A stretch of DNA of 64,000 bases, taken from Eubacteriales bacterium (GTDB taxonomy: Bacteria > Bacillota > Clostridia > Oscillospirales > CAG-272). Positions 1 through 9,145 of the stretch are shown one piece after another. Position numbers and translations under genes: made by a program. The stretch spans positions 81,504-145,503 of the forward strand of contig JAZQBL010000013.1 of the NCBI GenBank assembly GCA_045545665.1. The letters are read 5' to 3'. A model generated the notes under the pieces. That model did no database searches and was not told the DNA's origin. It was given only the letters and a program-made list of their open reading frames with translations. How positions within the stretch are numbered: position 1 is the first letter of the stretch; each line of letters begins with the position of its first letter.

Positions 1-601
1 ATACCGAAAAATGTGCCCCCTTCAATTCTTTTATCGCTTGTTTGGTGTCCGCCACTATGATGTTTTGGCTGAAGGCTGCGCCCATTGCCCCTCTTTGCAC
101 CTTCGGGGAATATATATCGGCACAGTCGGGTGAGGCAATTATGAGTCCTATTCCGAATGCATAAGCGCTTCTTATGGCAGTACCCATATTTCCGGGGTCT
201 CTTATGCTGTCGAGTATGACGATACCGCCCTTGATCCCGTTGCATAATGAATTATTATATATATTAACAAGTTTTTCGGAGCTGTCGGTTCGTTTAAATA
301 CGCAGAGGATGCCGTCGGGTGCTTCCTCTCCGCTCATTTTCTTCATAACGTCGGCGCTTGTTTTATAAATCTCTGCATTTTCTCCGACCGTTTTGAATAT
401 ATTACCGCAAAACGCTTCGTTCTTTTCAAGAAAGGTATCCGTTACGAAAATGCTTTCGGCTTTCATATTTGCAAGCGAAGCTTCCTCTGCAAGCTTTTTT
501 CCGCAAACGGTATATTCGCCGTATTCCTCACGGTATTTCTTTTGCAAAAGCTTTGATATACGGACAGCCTTCGGATTGTTTTTGCTCGTTATCTGTTCCA
601 T
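1..601 (-). CDS. TrmH/SpoU-family RNA 2'-O-methyltransferase (C-terminal end runs off the window)
   Basis: Not in the ORF track because it has no stop in the window. The reverse strand from ATG (599-601) reads MEQITSKNNPKAVRISKLLQKK..., then GIVILDSIRDPGNMGTAIRSAYAFG, the SpoU methylase motif. Confidence 0.8.
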   Translation of the reverse strand, partial: MEQITSKNNPKAVRISKLLQKKYREEYGEYTVCGKKLAEEASLANMKAESIFVTDTFLEKNEAFCGNIFKTVGENAEIYKTSADVMKKMSGEEAPDGILCVFKRTDSSEKLVNIYNNSLCNGIKGGIVILDSIRDPGNMGTAIRSAYAFGIGLIIASPDCADIYSPKVQRGAMGAAFSQNIIVADTKQAIKELKGAHFSV

Positions 602-823
602 AACTACCCCTGTGACATTATAGAATAATTAATATAATATCATACGTAAAATATTTTTTCAAGTGCAAACTAAATTTTTACATATTGCACATAAAAATTT
701 TTCTTTTATTTTCCCACCCTTATTTTGTTAAAACGGCAAAAAACTTATTGACAACCGCATAAATGTATGTTAAAATAACATAACTTGTATTTTTTTATAT
801 TAATATTGAGGTTAGTTATATAG

Positions 824-2407
824 ATGATATCAACGAACGACGTTTCCTTGCAATACGGCGGCAGAGTGCTTTTTTCGGGTGCGGATCTCGTATTCACAAA
901 AGGCAACTGCTACGGTATTATCGGCGCAAACGGTGCCGGAAAATCCACATTTTTGAAAATACTTTCCGGGGAGGTTGAGCCGTCAAGCGGCACTGTAACG
1001 GTATCCCCCGGCGAAAGAATATCAATCCTAAAGCAGGACCACTTTGCTTTTGACGAATACACCGTAATAAGAACGGTGCTTATGGGAAACCCCGAGCTTT
1101 GCGAGATCGAAGACGAAAAAGAAGCTCTTTATTCGAAGGAAGAAATGACGGACGAGGACGGCATGCGTCTTTGTGAGCTTGAAACAAGATACGCCGAGCT
1201 TGACGGATATTCCGCCGAAAGCGAAGCGGAGATACTTCTGAACGCTCTCGGTATTCCGAACGACCTTCACTACTCTTTGATGAAGGACTTAAACGGCGAT
1301 CAGAAAGTGAAAATACTGCTTGCACAGGCACTTTTCGGTTCTCCCGACATACTTCTTATGGACGAGCCGACGAACCATCTTGATTTAAAAACGATAGCCT
1401 GGCTTGAAGATTTTCTCGTCGATCTGCACAGCGTCGTCATCGTCGTATCGCACGACCGTCACTTTTTAAACAACGTCTGCACGCACACAGTCGACGTTGA
1501 TTTCGGCAAGATAACGATGACAGTCGGCGGCTACGACTTCTGGTATGAATACACTCAGATACGTCAAAGACAGATGAGAGAACAAAACAAAAAAGCCGAG
1601 CTTAAAGCAGCCGAACTTAAAGAATTTATCGCGCGCTTTTCTGCAAACGCTTCGAAATCGAAGCAGGCAACGAGCAGAAAAAAGCTTCTCGACTCGCTCG
1701 ACTTTGCACAAATGCCCGTATCTTCAAGACGTTTTCCGTACGTTGCCTTCAAGCCCGAAAGAGAAGCGGGAAAGGATATGCTTACCGTTGACGGTATAAC
1801 GGCCGAAGTCGGCGGAAAGACGGTTCTTGACAACGTAAGCTTCACTCTGCGTCCGTGCGAAAAGGTCGCTTTCGTAGGCGATCCCGTTTCCATAACAACG
1901 TTTTTCAAGATAATAAGCGGTGAGCTTACACCGTCATCGGGTACATATAAGTGGGGCGTTACGACGTCACAGTCGTATATGCCGTCGGACAACTCCGAAT
2001 ACTTTGACGGACACACCGAAAACCTGATAGACTGGATAAGAAACTGCAGTGATCTCATTTACGAAGCAGACGTAAGGAGCTGGCTTGGCAGAATGCTCTT
2101 TTCCGGTGACGAAGCACTCAAAAGCGTCGGCGTTCTTTCAGGAGGAGAAAGAGTGCGCTGTATGCTTTGCAAAATGATGCTTTCCGGAGCAAACGTTCTC
2201 ATCCTTGACGAACCGACGAACCACCTTGACCTTGAATCCATTGCGGCGCTTAACGACGGACTTATCCGTTATCCGCAAACCGTTCTGTTTACCTCTCACG
2301 ACCACCAGTTCGTACAAACTATAGCAAACAGAATAATTGATCTTACCCCCGGCAGCTTCTACGACAAAGCAACGACGTACGATGAGTATGCCGCGGAAAT
2401 GCTGTAA
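824..2407 (+). CDS. ABC-F family ATPase (two ABC domains, no membrane domain)
   Basis: 527 aa. Walker A GANGAGKST, Walker B LLMDEPTNHLD and LILDEPTNHLD, signature LSGGERVR, charged linker between the domains, no TM segments. Confidence 0.85.
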   Translation: MISTNDVSLQYGGRVLFSGADLVFTKGNCYGIIGANGAGKSTFLKILSGEVEPSSGTVTVSPGERISILKQDHFAFDEYTVIRTVLMGNPELCEIEDEKEALYSKEEMTDEDGMRLCELETRYAELDGYSAESEAEILLNALGIPNDLHYSLMKDLNGDQKVKILLAQALFGSPDILLMDEPTNHLDLKTIAWLEDFLVDLHSVVIVVSHDRHFLNNVCTHTVDVDFGKITMTVGGYDFWYEYTQIRQRQMREQNKKAELKAAELKEFIARFSANASKSKQATSRKKLLDSLDFAQMPVSSRRFPYVAFKPEREAGKDMLTVDGITAEVGGKTVLDNVSFTLRPCEKVAFVGDPVSITTFFKIISGELTPSSGTYKWGVTTSQSYMPSDNSEYFDGHTENLIDWIRNCSDLIYEADVRSWLGRMLFSGDEALKSVGVLSGGERVRCMLCKMMLSGANVLILDEPTNHLDLESIAALNDGLIRYPQTVLFTSHDHQFVQTIANRIIDLTPGSFYDKATTYDEYAAEML

Positions 2408-2460
2408 AAGAGGTATGTTCTGTTTCTTTTACGACAATTATTTGAAATTTGGAGATAGAA

Positions 2461-3279
2461 ATGTACAGTATAAGCGAATTCATTGACCGCGCTGTATCCC
2501 TCGAAACGACCATAAAGCTGTGCGACGAATTATTTTCGGAAATGAAAAACAGCTTTAGCAGGATCCCGGAGGAGCGCGAACCGAGACTCTCGGATTTTTC
2601 AAGAAAGACGTATTTTTACCGCATAGAGAGCTATAAATTCTCTATATTAGGAATAATCGCCGCTGTTATAATATCGACGGCGCTGTATTTTACAAGCGAT
2701 ATGTACGGCTTCGACCCGCAGATTCCCTGCCTTTTGGTGTTGCTGCTCGGAGCTTCCCTCGGGCTTATCGTTATGGCTTTCCGCAGAAACAAGGAAAAAT
2801 TGATGCAAAAACGTGCAATGACCCTGTACAAAAACGCGCTTGATGATTATTACGCAAAGCACAAGCTTGACACGTTTACGGCTTCAATGAGAAGCGCAAA
2901 TATTCTTTCGAGCTGCGAAAACAAACTGCTTGATCTCAAAAACGAGACTTTTGCGCTGTTGGGCAAAGCTTACGAAAAAGAAGCCGTGCCTATGAGAGCG
3001 AGAAACTTCAAGGTGATGTGCGCCGCACTCGTGCGCTCTTCAAAGGAAACGGAGCATCAAACGGTAAAGGACGTTTTAATGAAGCTTGACGAAAACGATT
3101 ACAAGCTTTCAAAATACGACTCGCTTTGCGAAAACGTAAAGAAAGTTACACAGCAGACGTGCTCGAATATGACCTCGGACGACCGCTATACGGAAATGGA
3201 AGAGGTTATAGACGACATAATTAAAAATTGTTCGGAGCAAAATGAAAAAATAAAATTATTTTTAAATCAAGAAAGGTAG
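2461..3279 (+). CDS. hypothetical membrane protein (two central TM helices)
   Basis: Start moved to the ATG at 2461, preceded by GGAGA (2451-2455). Hydrophobic stretches ILGIIAAVIISTALYF and LLVLLLGASLGLIVMAF. No family recognised. Ends 5 nt before the next gene. Confidence 0.55.
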   Translation: MYSISEFIDRAVSLETTIKLCDELFSEMKNSFSRIPEEREPRLSDFSRKTYFYRIESYKFSILGIIAAVIISTALYFTSDMYGFDPQIPCLLVLLLGASLGLIVMAFRRNKEKLMQKRAMTLYKNALDDYYAKHKLDTFTASMRSANILSSCENKLLDLKNETFALLGKAYEKEAVPMRARNFKVMCAALVRSSKETEHQTVKDVLMKLDENDYKLSKYDSLCENVKKVTQQTCSNMTSDDRYTEMEEVIDDIIKNCSEQNEKIKLFLNQER

Positions 3280-3284
3280 TACTT

Positions 3285-4514
3285 ATGAAAAATTTTTTTT
3301 CCAAAGCAACAGCCCTTTTGATCGTAGCAACACTCATTTTGTGTGCGTTGCCGCTTTCAGCATTCGCAGCAGATGCGAACTGCCCCATCATCTTCCTTCC
3401 CGGTGTAATGGGTAGCCGCCTGTACACGTCCGACAAAGTATTTAACGATTTCACACGCGTTTGGGATCCCTCGATCTTCTTCATCACAAACTTTGCCGAA
3501 CAGCTTAAGACAAAGACACTTTACGCAGCACCTCCCGTAAACGCAAATGACCCCGACGTTAAAAGAGAATACGGTACTTTAGACACTTATAAAAACATCA
3601 TAGACGCTCTTTGCGAAGCATTCCCCGAAAGAGAAGTTTACTTCTTCTCCTACGATTTCAGACAGAGCAACAAGGATTCTGCCGAAAAGCTCAACGCTTT
3701 CATTACAGAATCGGGATTTGACAAGGTCGATCTTATTTCCCACAGTATGGGCGGTCTTGTAGTTGCCAACTACGTTGATATGTTCGGTTTTGACTGTGTC
3801 AACAAGATGGTCTCCTGCGGAACACCTTACATGGGTTCAGCCCAGATGCTCAACATCGCGTTCGGTGAAGATCTTCTTGCTACAAAATACTCCGAAGGAA
3901 TCGAAGGAATACTCCTTCAGATAGCTGACTGCATCGTTTCCGGTCCTTTGGGAGTTGACAGAGAACTCCGCACGTCCCTCCGTGCATGTGCTGAGCTTCT
4001 TCCCTATCAGGCAAGTGTTAAACAAGAGCCGATGATGAAGTACATAGGCAACCAGTCAAGCCTTATCAAGCCGATATTCCTCTATATGCCCACAAGCCTT
4101 AATACGTATAAGACGCTCTGCAACGACCTTTTCGGTGAAGAAATGTACACCGAGGCTTCAGCGGTACAGAACAACCTGTACAAGAACGTATACGGCGATA
4201 TCCTCGCATACGACGGTGCATACTTCGTTGTAGGTGCTGAACAGTCAACGATCAAAACGATATTCTACAGCGGTGAGGGCGACAAGCTTAACGCTGACAG
4301 ACTCAAGCACACATCAGGTGACGACACCGTAACGTTTGAATCTGCAACGATGCTCGGAGCAATGCTTAAGATCGATTCATCACGTTACTGCGTACAGCCG
4401 ACAACACACGGCGGCACGGCAGGCAGTGAAAAGACGGAAGCTTCCGCACTTTGCATTGAATACGTAATAGACGTTCTTGCAGACGGCGTTTCCGACGTTT
4501 CATCCGCAGCATAA
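3285..4514 (+). CDS. secreted alpha/beta-hydrolase, lipase/LCAT-PGAP1-like
   Basis: Signal peptide ending ALPLSAFAADA. N-terminal PIIFLPGVMGSRL and nucleophile elbow SHSMGG, typical of class-2 lipase/LCAT-like esterases. Confidence 0.7.
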   Translation: MKNFFSKATALLIVATLILCALPLSAFAADANCPIIFLPGVMGSRLYTSDKVFNDFTRVWDPSIFFITNFAEQLKTKTLYAAPPVNANDPDVKREYGTLDTYKNIIDALCEAFPEREVYFFSYDFRQSNKDSAEKLNAFITESGFDKVDLISHSMGGLVVANYVDMFGFDCVNKMVSCGTPYMGSAQMLNIAFGEDLLATKYSEGIEGILLQIADCIVSGPLGVDRELRTSLRACAELLPYQASVKQEPMMKYIGNQSSLIKPIFLYMPTSLNTYKTLCNDLFGEEMYTEASAVQNNLYKNVYGDILAYDGAYFVVGAEQSTIKTIFYSGEGDKLNADRLKHTSGDDTVTFESATMLGAMLKIDSSRYCVQPTTHGGTAGSEKTEASALCIEYVIDVLADGVSDVSSAA

Positions 4515-4581
4515 TCAACTTTCGCAAAGCGAAAATATCACGCTGACTTTAGTCAGCATATCACTGAACAGACAAAAAGAA

Positions 4582-4621
4582 GAGAAGACTCGTTAAAACA
4601 TACGAATCTTCTCTTTTTTTG
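4582..4621 (+). terminator. intrinsic terminator after the lipase gene
   Basis: gagaagactcg / cgaatcttctc stem (one mismatch) followed by TTTTTTT. Confidence 0.7.
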
Positions 4622-4765
4622 TTGTTAGTGGGGCACTGCCCGACTGCATTTGTACATACAAATGCGATGCCGGTTCTAACACACTTTGCTTTTATATGTT
4701 AGAATAAAACTTCGCTAACACCATTACACTTTCCTCTGTCGGGGTATTTTCGGTATGATATTACG

Positions 4766-5182
4766 TTATTTTGTAAGTTCCGCAAGTGTTTTCTTCAAAA
4801 GCGTTGATGACGTACCCGTAGTATAAGGAAAGTAAATTATCTCAACGCCGAACGGTTTGAATTTTTCTTCAAGCTCGTTGAAAAGCGGTGAACCTTTCCA
4901 ATCGTCTCCGACGAACATACGGTCGAATTTATGCTCCTGCCAAGCGGCAAATTTATCTCTGTGGGTCTGAGGCACGACACGGTCCACGTATTTTATCGCT
5001 TCCACTATCTGTACTCTTTCCTCGTATGATATTACCGGAGTTTTGTTTTTATACTGCTTTACAAGCTCGTCCGTGCTCACACCGACGATAAGATAGTCGC
5101 ACATTTCCTTTGCCCTTTTTAAAATATTGAGATGTCCTATATGGAATAAGTCAAATACGCCTGTTGTGTAACCGATAACCAT
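4766..5182 (-). CDS. tagD: glycerol-3-phosphate cytidylyltransferase
   Basis: 138 aa. MVIGYTTGVFDLFHIGHLNILKRAK (HxGH cytidylyltransferase motif). Size and sequence are typical of TagD. Confidence 0.9.
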   Translation of the reverse strand: MVIGYTTGVFDLFHIGHLNILKRAKEMCDYLIVGVSTDELVKQYKNKTPVISYEERVQIVEAIKYVDRVVPQTHRDKFAAWQEHKFDRMFVGDDWKGSPLFNELEEKFKPFGVEIIYFPYTTGTSSTLLKKTLAELTK

Positions 5183-5195
5183 ATCAACTATTTCC

Positions 5196-6350
5196 TTACT
5201 TTGTTATTTTTTCTATAATTTCAGCAACTCGTTCGCACGCGCGTCCGTCTTCAAAGTTACCGATGTTTTCAAGAAATTCTTCCGCTTTTGCCGTATATTT
5301 TTCCGCTTCCATATTTAAGATGCACTCTGACAGCTCACTGTTTGTAAGCGCATAAGGAAACGGCAGATCTTTTATATCAAAATAGAACCCTCTTTCCGAG
5401 GAAAGATACTTTTCCATATCCGGTACGTACAATACACACGGCATCTTGCGCACCGCCATATCGAACATACACGAGGAATAGTCTGTTATAAGCATATCGC
5501 AGGAAGCGACAAGCTCTTGCATATCGGGATAAAACGTAGCATCGTATGCACCGTTGCAGGGGGGCGTTACCTCCTTTGCGACGTTCGGATGAAGCCTGTA
5601 CATAAACGCCCATTTTTCGTTTGTCTTTTCTTCAAGGGCATCAAGGATGCCTTGTGCATCTATTCCGTGAAGCTCATCACAGTCGCCGTCACGGAAAGTA
5701 GGTGCGTACAAAACCGTCTTTTTTTCTTCATCGAAGCCAAAAAACGAGGAAACTTTCTTTCTTATCGGCAAATTATCTTTGAAAAATATATCGCTCCTCG
5801 GCGTACCGCTGTCAAGCACCTCGCCGTCGTACCAGAACGAATTTTTGAATATATCACTGCTGAATCTGCAGCCCGAGATTATAAGATCGCACTTTTTGGA
5901 ATCTTCTTTTGAATTCAGAACGTAATCCTCTCCAAGCGCCTCGGCGGCATCGCCCTCTATCTTTTTAAGCCGCAAAGAGCTGTGCCAAGTTTGCAGATAA
6001 AACTGACCTTTTCTTTTATTGAAGTAATGGATCTTTCCCGTTCTTATATTTGAAATGATGATCTTTGCGGTTGAAATTTCCTTAAGATACTGTATCGAAA
6101 AATACGGAACGCATCTTACGCCGTCGGGAAGTCCCTCCGGCTTTTTTTTCTGTGAATCGTACACCCATACGATATCGTATTTGCCGGGATACTTTTCGCA
6201 AAGGTATTCCGCAATATATTTCGGACTGTCGCCAAAGCCTTTAAAAACGCTGTTCCATGCAATTATTTTATTCTTTTTTATCGGGTAAAGGCGATAAAGC
6301 GCCATATAAAATTCGTGACGCAACTGTTTTATTTTCGCAAGCATATTCAT
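5196..6350 (-). CDS. CDP-glycerol glycerophosphotransferase (TagB/TagF family)
   Basis: 384 aa. C-terminal LYAPTFRD ... ITDYSSCMFD motifs of the TagF family. Adjacent to tagD. Confidence 0.85.
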   Translation of the reverse strand: MNMLAKIKQLRHEFYMALYRLYPIKKNKIIAWNSVFKGFGDSPKYIAEYLCEKYPGKYDIVWVYDSQKKKPEGLPDGVRCVPYFSIQYLKEISTAKIIISNIRTGKIHYFNKRKGQFYLQTWHSSLRLKKIEGDAAEALGEDYVLNSKEDSKKCDLIISGCRFSSDIFKNSFWYDGEVLDSGTPRSDIFFKDNLPIRKKVSSFFGFDEEKKTVLYAPTFRDGDCDELHGIDAQGILDALEEKTNEKWAFMYRLHPNVAKEVTPPCNGAYDATFYPDMQELVASCDMLITDYSSCMFDMAVRKMPCVLYVPDMEKYLSSERGFYFDIKDLPFPYALTNSELSECILNMEAEKYTAKAEEFLENIGNFEDGRACERVAEIIEKITK

Positions 6351-7384
6351 CTTTCGTACTTGATAAGATACGCAGCCTTTCTGAAAATTCTTATGAAAAT
6401 ATTGTATTTATGAGTTGAAACAAACGACGAAAGCTTCGGTGATATCATCGTAAGGTCGAAATAATATCTTTCATCGGGTGACAGAGAATCTTTGTACGCT
6501 TTTGTCTTTTTATAATCCGGTATGCGCTGTTTGACGCTTTTTTTCACGTCGTAAAGCTTGCATATCTCCTCTTTTTCAAAATCGGAAAGGCACGTATATA
6601 ATATATTTGCTCCGCTCATAACCAAAAACTTACAGTCAACTGCATATTTGAATTTTTCGTAAAGTCCTTTTTTTACGCAGTCGTCAAAAATTTTGTCAGT
6701 AAGAGGTATACGCTCGTACCTTCTTTTGTCCTTTTTGTTTCTCGTTGTTGAATTGGGGCTTTGATAATAGTAATAAAACGCACCTTTTGTCTTGCTTATT
6801 TTCTTTGCACAGAGTCCCGAAATAAAGTTGAAGTGCGCATCTTCAAAGAAAAGCTTTTCGGGAAAAAACAGCTCGTTTTCCAAAAGGAAAGAGCGTTTGT
6901 ATATTCTCGTCCAGAACATACCGTATTTTTTTAAAAACGCTGTCGTTTTTTCCTCGTTCATTTCGCCGACGTCATCCTGCGTATACTGCAAAAACACTTC
7001 GTCTTGCACACCTTCATCGGTGAAAACACAGTAGTCTCCGCCCGAAAGATCTGCCCCGTTTGCATTTTCATAAAGGGCACGGCACATATCGTTATGTATA
7101 AAATCATCGCTGTCGACAAAGGCGATATATTCGCCCTTCGCCTCTCTTATACCGACGTTTCGCGCGCCGCCCTGACGAAGATTTTCGGGCAGATATATGC
7201 CGCGGAATTTATCCGGATACTTTTCGGTATACTGTCTTATTATTTCAGGGCTGTTGTCCGTTGATCTGTCATCTATTGCAATGATCTCCGTTTCTTGCAG
7301 CGTTTGTGATATGCAGCTGTCGAAGCATCGGTGCAAATACGCCGACGTATTGTGTACCGGGATAACAATACTGACTTTTACCAT
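6347..7384 (-). CDS. family 2 glycosyltransferase
   Basis: N-terminal VSIVIPVHNTSAYLHRCFDS ... EIIAIDDRSTDNS ... FVDSDD (GT2 DxD). 4-nt overlap with the downstream TagF-like gene. Confidence 0.85.
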   Translation of the reverse strand: MVKVSIVIPVHNTSAYLHRCFDSCISQTLQETEIIAIDDRSTDNSPEIIRQYTEKYPDKFRGIYLPENLRQGGARNVGIREAKGEYIAFVDSDDFIHNDMCRALYENANGADLSGGDYCVFTDEGVQDEVFLQYTQDDVGEMNEEKTTAFLKKYGMFWTRIYKRSFLLENELFFPEKLFFEDAHFNFISGLCAKKISKTKGAFYYYYQSPNSTTRNKKDKRRYERIPLTDKIFDDCVKKGLYEKFKYAVDCKFLVMSGANILYTCLSDFEKEEICKLYDVKKSVKQRIPDYKKTKAYKDSLSPDERYYFDLTMISPKLSSFVSTHKYNIFIRIFRKAAYLIKYER

Positions 7385-7550
7385 TTTCCCTCCGAAATGC
7401 AGTTATTAAATTCATTTTATCATATAATCATAAAATAAGCAACAGTATTTTGTAAAATGCCGAAAAATAAAACTCACGTCATTTTGCTTGTTTCGTAAGT
7501 TTTGAAAACGAAAAGCTGTATGAGCGCATAATGTCCGTGATCAAATAATT

Positions 7551-7589
7551 ATAAAAAACGCACGAAATTCATAAAGAACTTTGTGCGTT
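7551..7589 (-). terminator. intrinsic terminator of the small NPHTG gene
   Basis: aacgcac/gtgcgtt stem overlapping the stop codon, followed on the minus strand by TTTTTTAT. Confidence 0.6.
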
Positions 7590-7816
7590 TATTTTATATA
7601 TCTCCTTCGCATTAATATGTACAGTGTAATTATTGCGGAAAGAGCGGCGACGACGAACAGACCGAAAAGTATGTCGCCTGTGTGCGGATTTTGTACGTTT
7701 TCCGATACATTTTCAATACACTCGACAGGAACATTCTCTGTTGCAAGTGCCGTTACGGAAGCAAACAGAGTGAAGAGCAGTGAAAGAACTGTCAAAATTA
7801 ATATTAATTTCTTCAT
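7589..7816 (-). CDS. very small predicted sortase substrate (signal peptide + NPHTG sorting signal)
   Basis: 75 aa. Signal peptide MKKLILILTVLSLLFTLFASVTALA, about 22 aa of mature sequence, NPHTG, hydrophobic helix, RRRYIK tail. GGAGG RBS, own promoter and terminator. Confidence 0.6.
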   Translation of the reverse strand: MKKLILILTVLSLLFTLFASVTALATENVPVECIENVSENVQNPHTGDILFGLFVVAALSAIITLYILMRRRYIK

Positions 7817-7848
7817 ATCTTGTTTTCCTCCTTTTTTCTTCTTGTTTC

Positions 7849-7877
7849 ATTTTAGCACATTTTTTCGTGCTTGTCAA
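7849..7877 (-). promoter_or_regulatory. sigma-A-type promoter for the small NPHTG gene
   Basis: Minus strand TTGACA (7872-7877), 17 nt spacer, TAAAAT (7849-7854). Confidence 0.5.
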
Positions 7878-8029
7878 TATCTTTTTAAAATTTTATCAAA
7901 ATTGGTTAAAAAATATGTAATTTTTACTTTCATCAAAGTTTATTTTACTAAATAATTGATTGATTTTTTGTCAACATAAATAACACAAAGACTGATATAA
8001 TATATTCAACTACATTACGGGAGAAGTTT

Positions 8030-8758
8030 ATGAAAACAGTTCTCATTACAGGTGCGTCGGGCGGAATAGGAAGCTGTGCTGCCGCGCTGTTTGCAAAAAA
8101 CGGTTACAACGTATTTATACAATATAACAAAAATGAAAAAGCGGCGCTTGAGCTTTGCGAAAAAATAAAAAGCGAAGGCGTGGGCGTCTACGTCTGCCGT
8201 GCCGATATAACAAACGAGGAAGACGTACGGCGCATGGTGAGCCTTTGCGAATACAAATTCGGCTCACTTGACGTTCTTATCAACAATGCGGGAATATCCG
8301 AATTTGCCGTTTTGGAAAACATAACGTCCGAAATGTGGGACAGAATGATGAACATCAACGTCAAGGGTATGTTTTTGCTGACACGTGCCGCCCTCCCTCT
8401 TTTACGTGAAAGCCGCGGAAAAATAATAAACGTCTCGTCCATGTGGGGGATTGCGGGTGCTTCCTGCGAGGTGCATTATTCATCTTCGAAAGCCGCCGTT
8501 ATCGGCTTCACGAAGGCGCTCGCGAAAGAAGAAGCGCCGTCGGGAGTAACAGTAAACTGTATTGCTCCCGGTTTTATAGAAACCGATATGAACGCATCCC
8601 TCTCGGAAGATGCCGTAAATGAGATCATAGAAAAAACGCCCCTCGGCAGAGCGGGAACTCCGTACGACGTAGCTTCTGCCATGCTGTTTTTATCCTCAGA
8701 CGGCGCTGACTTTATAACAGGGCAAACGCTGTGCGTTGACGGCGGATTTATACTTTAA
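8030..8758 (+). CDS. short-chain dehydrogenase/reductase, FabG-like
   Basis: TGASGGIGS cofactor motif, NNAG, and YSSSK catalytic motif. 242 aa. Confidence 0.85.
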   Translation: MKTVLITGASGGIGSCAAALFAKNGYNVFIQYNKNEKAALELCEKIKSEGVGVYVCRADITNEEDVRRMVSLCEYKFGSLDVLINNAGISEFAVLENITSEMWDRMMNINVKGMFLLTRAALPLLRESRGKIINVSSMWGIAGASCEVHYSSSKAAVIGFTKALAKEEAPSGVTVNCIAPGFIETDMNASLSEDAVNEIIEKTPLGRAGTPYDVASAMLFLSSDGADFITGQTLCVDGGFIL

Positions 8759-9037
8759 ACAATACTCTCCATTAGCAGACACTTCGTAAAGAAGTTCCTC
8801 CCAATTTCTTTTTATATTAAATATGACACTTTCGGCTTGAAAGTGTCATAGTGGGTTACATACTTTAAAATTATACCTATCTCAAAGATAAATGTAATAA
8901 GTGATATGTCAGACAAGTCTCACAGTTTTATTTTGCCTTACGGCAAAGTGATATTAAAACCTTTGGTTTTAGTTTTATTATATTCGCTCCAAAACTGCCG
9001 AAGGCAATTCACTTGGACGAAGTCCAAATATAACTGA

Positions 9038-9087
9038 GGCGTACTTCCTTACGAAGTGCGCCTCTTTCGGAGATCTTTTTGTTTTTT
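9038..9087 (+). terminator. strong hairpin + T-tract about 300 nt downstream of the SDR gene
   Basis: ggcgtacttc-cttac-gaagtgcgcc (10 bp with one G-U pair), then tctttcggagatctttttgttttttt. Confidence 0.5.
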
Positions 9088-9145
9088 TGTTTCATTTTTT
9101 CTTTTTCGGTGAAAGATATAGTATAAAACGAAAGGGGAAAATACA

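Noticed and set aside
824-2407. The ABC-F protein as an antibiotic-resistance (ARE) determinant.
   Set aside because: I saw no upstream leader peptide or attenuator structure of the kind seen for vga/msr/lsa-type genes. Its size (527 aa) and short linker fit housekeeping YbiT/Uup-like ABC-Fs. This cannot be decided without phylogeny.
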